From Octopus sinensis (lineage: Eukaryota), in contig NC_042997.1 of NCBI RefSeq assembly GCF_006345805.1, forward strand, positions 45,508,001 through 45,572,000: a stretch of DNA of 64,000 bases. The letters run 5' to 3'. Under the pieces are notes generated by a model, which saw nothing but the letters and a program-made list of their open reading frames with translations, was not told the origin of the DNA and made no database searches. A program made the translations under genes and the position numbers. This document shows, in pieces, positions 60,780 through 64,000 of the stretch. Position 1 is the first letter of the stretch. Every line of letters begins with the position of its first letter.

Positions 60780-63700
60780 TGTATATGAATGGCTTAATGT
60801 AGACATGCAGTGTATGTGTCGGTGCATATAGGTGAGTGCGTGAATGTATAATGTGTGTAATGCGAATTTAAGGTGCGCGCCTTGATGTTTACATTTCTCG
60901 AGTGTACTCGGTAACGATGTAGAAGTTTTCAATTTAAATTGATTGACTGATAAAGAAATTAAATTTAAATTAAGTGTAGCGGCACAAGGGGGGTGGGGTG
61001 GGCGGTGGCACATCTTACGATGACATTATTACAGACAGAAACACTATTTGAGATGGAATAATTTTAAGTATGCAAACTTACAAGGAAAGAGAAAGAGTGA
61101 GAAAGAAAGCGGAAGAGACGGAATGAATTAGAAATCTATTTGCGTATAATTCCGCTGTAGTTTAAAGCCCCAGCTCAACCGTGATAAAAGGCATTCCAGT
61201 CGTGACTATCTTGTTTACCTCAGATACAGTATGTATATAGAACTATATTATCCAATGTGTCCTTTTTTTTCTTAGTGCTTTTGATGTGATTTAAAGATTT
61301 GACTGCTATTTCTAGCAGGCCAAGCGACCTCAACGCGTTGGATAATGTGGTTCTGGTTTCTCAGCATATAAAACGGCATGGTCACGATTAGAATATCTTT
61401 GATCATAGGTCTACTTACTTGTTCAGGGTTGACCTGGGGTTAAACAATAAGGACTACGTAAGGGCTCTCTAATTAATTTCACTCTTATTCATTTATTTAT
61501 CAATTTTTATTTCATATTAGAGCGACTCTTCACCCAAGACTTCTAAAAAAAAACACCCCAATACGACTGTTTGCAGGGGAAAGCAGTTTGGGGGGAACTG
61601 GTTAGGTTAGGGCCTTCTTTATTAAGATGCACAGGTTAACATGTGAAATAAACTCATACATAATAATGAAAAGGTGTCGCAAATTCGAATAACTGGGAGC
61701 CTGCCTTCTCATCGTCTACTCGGGTTCTCCGCTCTCTCTCTCTCTCACACACACACATAAACATGTGTATACACACACACACACACAAATATATTGATTT
61801 CTTATTTAAGCACATTCACAGGACAGGGAGAGAGAGAGAGAGAGAGAGAGTATGTGTGTGTGTGCTTCGAGTGGTATAGATCTATGTACAATGTTCAGGC
61901 CGTTTTAATTTCCTTTTGCGAGTATGAGTGAAGCGACACGTTCTGAACAGAGATTCGAAACCCGGTCGTTTTCTCGGTATCTTGAGCAGTAGCTTATACT
62001 TCTTTCTACTTATCATTGTATACCATTTATAATCAGTGAAATCGACGACAATACATGACTGGCACTGTGTTTTGATTAACCACGAAGGGACGAAATGTGC
62101 AAAATACGACTTCAACAAGATTTGAACGCGGAGCCCTGATGTCGTGGGGCAGAAGTAGTGAAAATCTCCGAAAGATTTTTGAATCAAACACTGAAAAATG
62201 CTTTCCACTGGCGTTGTTAGTTAAGCTGCGGGTCGTATTTATTGGAGAGAGAAGTAAACTCGATGTTGTAATAATGCCCATGTGTGTATCATAAGATACA
62301 CGACAGGAAATTTGAAAATGAAAGAGGTGGGCAACGGAGAACAGATGATCTGTGAGTATTTATTACCTGTGTGTCTGTCGATCTACGAAGAGTGTAAAAA
62401 GTAAACTACGATGAACATTTTCGAATTACAATTAATGAGACGAGACATCAAGGTAGACCGGTTCCCTTTAAGCGCGGATGTGGTCCTTGCGGATACCAGT
62501 TCGGGCTTTGGTTGACCACTAACGCCCAGCAAAATAATTATATACAAACGAATTGTTTAAAGGAAATAACAGTAATTTCTTGATGTAGCATTTGCCGGCT
62601 TAGATTTATAATGAAAAATAAATAAACATTAGTTACAAAACACTGAAACCGGGTCGCATAATCAGCTTATCGTGGGCTTTTTTACTCTTAAAGCCATGTT
62701 TATTCTTTTTTCTCTTTATTTTATTGAAATCCATTTATATACATCGATAAATCGAACATTATGTAAAACAAAACCAATCTCAACGTGATCAACTATAATA
62801 ATAATAATAAAGGTGACAACAATCATAATAATAATAATAATAATATTACATCCATGATTTCTTTAAATGCTAGAAAGGCGAGACTTGAAATATAGAGGAA
62901 ACTTTATTAATGATCATTAAAGAAGAAAAAACAAAAAACTCACCGTTTGCCGAAGCATGAGGACTCCAGAGTAAATATCCAAGGATAAATATCCACATGA
63001 AATGTAACCTACTCCCCCGGTTTGTCATATTTTCCGGGATCTGTCCTTAAGTGTACCTTATTTCTCTCTCTCTCTGCTTCAGTAAAAAGTGTAAAAGGCC
63101 GAGGTACAGTAAAAACAAGTTAGGTTTACACTTTGCTATTTGTTATCGCCTCTTCACCCACAACTGAGGAGTTTTTTGTGGTTTTTTTAAATCTATTTCC
63201 TGTTTTATTTCACTATTTTTTTTTTTTTACACCAGGTAAAACTGATTAGCTTTTAAGTTTTATCTTTAATCTAACAAAGCGAGAGACTGAAAAGGAAGTG
63301 ACTTGTTTTTTTCAATAAACAATAGGGCCTATATATATATATATATATATAATATAATCTGTGTGTGTGTAAGGTGTGGAGGGGATAGAAGCGGGTTAAG
63401 CTATTCTCGAACAGACACCTTGTGTTTTTATGGGGGTTTGGTGACCTTTTCCTTTTCCTTTTTTTCCCCCTGTTGCGGCAGAAAAGAAAACCACACACAC
63501 ACAAACAAAAAAAATAATAACAAAATATGAATAATTTACAAACGATCGCGAGTTGACGTTTATGTCCAAGATTTTTGTCGACTGTTCATGGTTTTAAGTG
63601 GAAAATAACACCTCCAGTGTCCACACCGGTAAAGACTGTTGCGATAGTATTAATAATAATAGTAGTAATAATAATGGGAATGATGGTGATGAACAAAAAG

Positions 63701-64000
63701 AAAAGGCCTCCATTCATGTGTCGACCGACCGACCGGACCGGTGGGCCGTATATAACTAAGTAACGTGGACAGTTCAGTTGTTGTTGTACAGGTGGGAAGA
63801 GAGTGAGACACACGATAGTAATGGCGGTGGTGGTGGTGGTGGTGAGAGGAAGAGAAACTAGTAAAGTGAGTGAAGGTAGTGGGAGTGAGTGAGTGAGTGA
63901 GTGGCTGGCTGAGTGGAAGTAGAAAAGGAGCGAAGGAGTTTTAAGCCAGGCAGTTTAGTGATTGAGTGACAAAATAACCCTGAATAGATGAAACAAAGAA

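Overview
AT-rich, repeat-dense animal genomic DNA with no long genuine ORF. The SINE, RTE and microsatellite repertoire looks like an octopod cephalopod (Octopus-like; recognised from memory, not searched). Nearly all ORFs in the supplied track are microsatellite or repeat artefacts. (1) Host gene: three phase-compatible minus-strand exons (9854-9947, 9323-9394, 8713-8853), none annotated by the ORF track, encode the C-terminus of a probable membrane glycoprotein. A candidate 5' end lies near 28.6 kb, where the sequence changes from visibly CpG-poor to CpG-retaining. (2) Class II elements: a full-length but dead pogo-type transposon (37017-40742), a Tc1/mariner 3' fragment, two hAT MITEs, a pogo-like MITE, a TTAA-flanked Kolobok-like MITE and two short Helitrons sharing a 3' end. 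(3) Class I elements: several tRNA-derived SINE families with swapped tails, and RTE LINE relics. One RTE relic has a 5' inversion bounded by a perfect 10-bp TSD, the geometry expected from twin priming. (4) Five minimal type-I hammerhead ribozyme motifs, mostly in Penelope-like repeats, two with the same CCGANGA core variant. No tRNA, rRNA or CRISPR loci were found.
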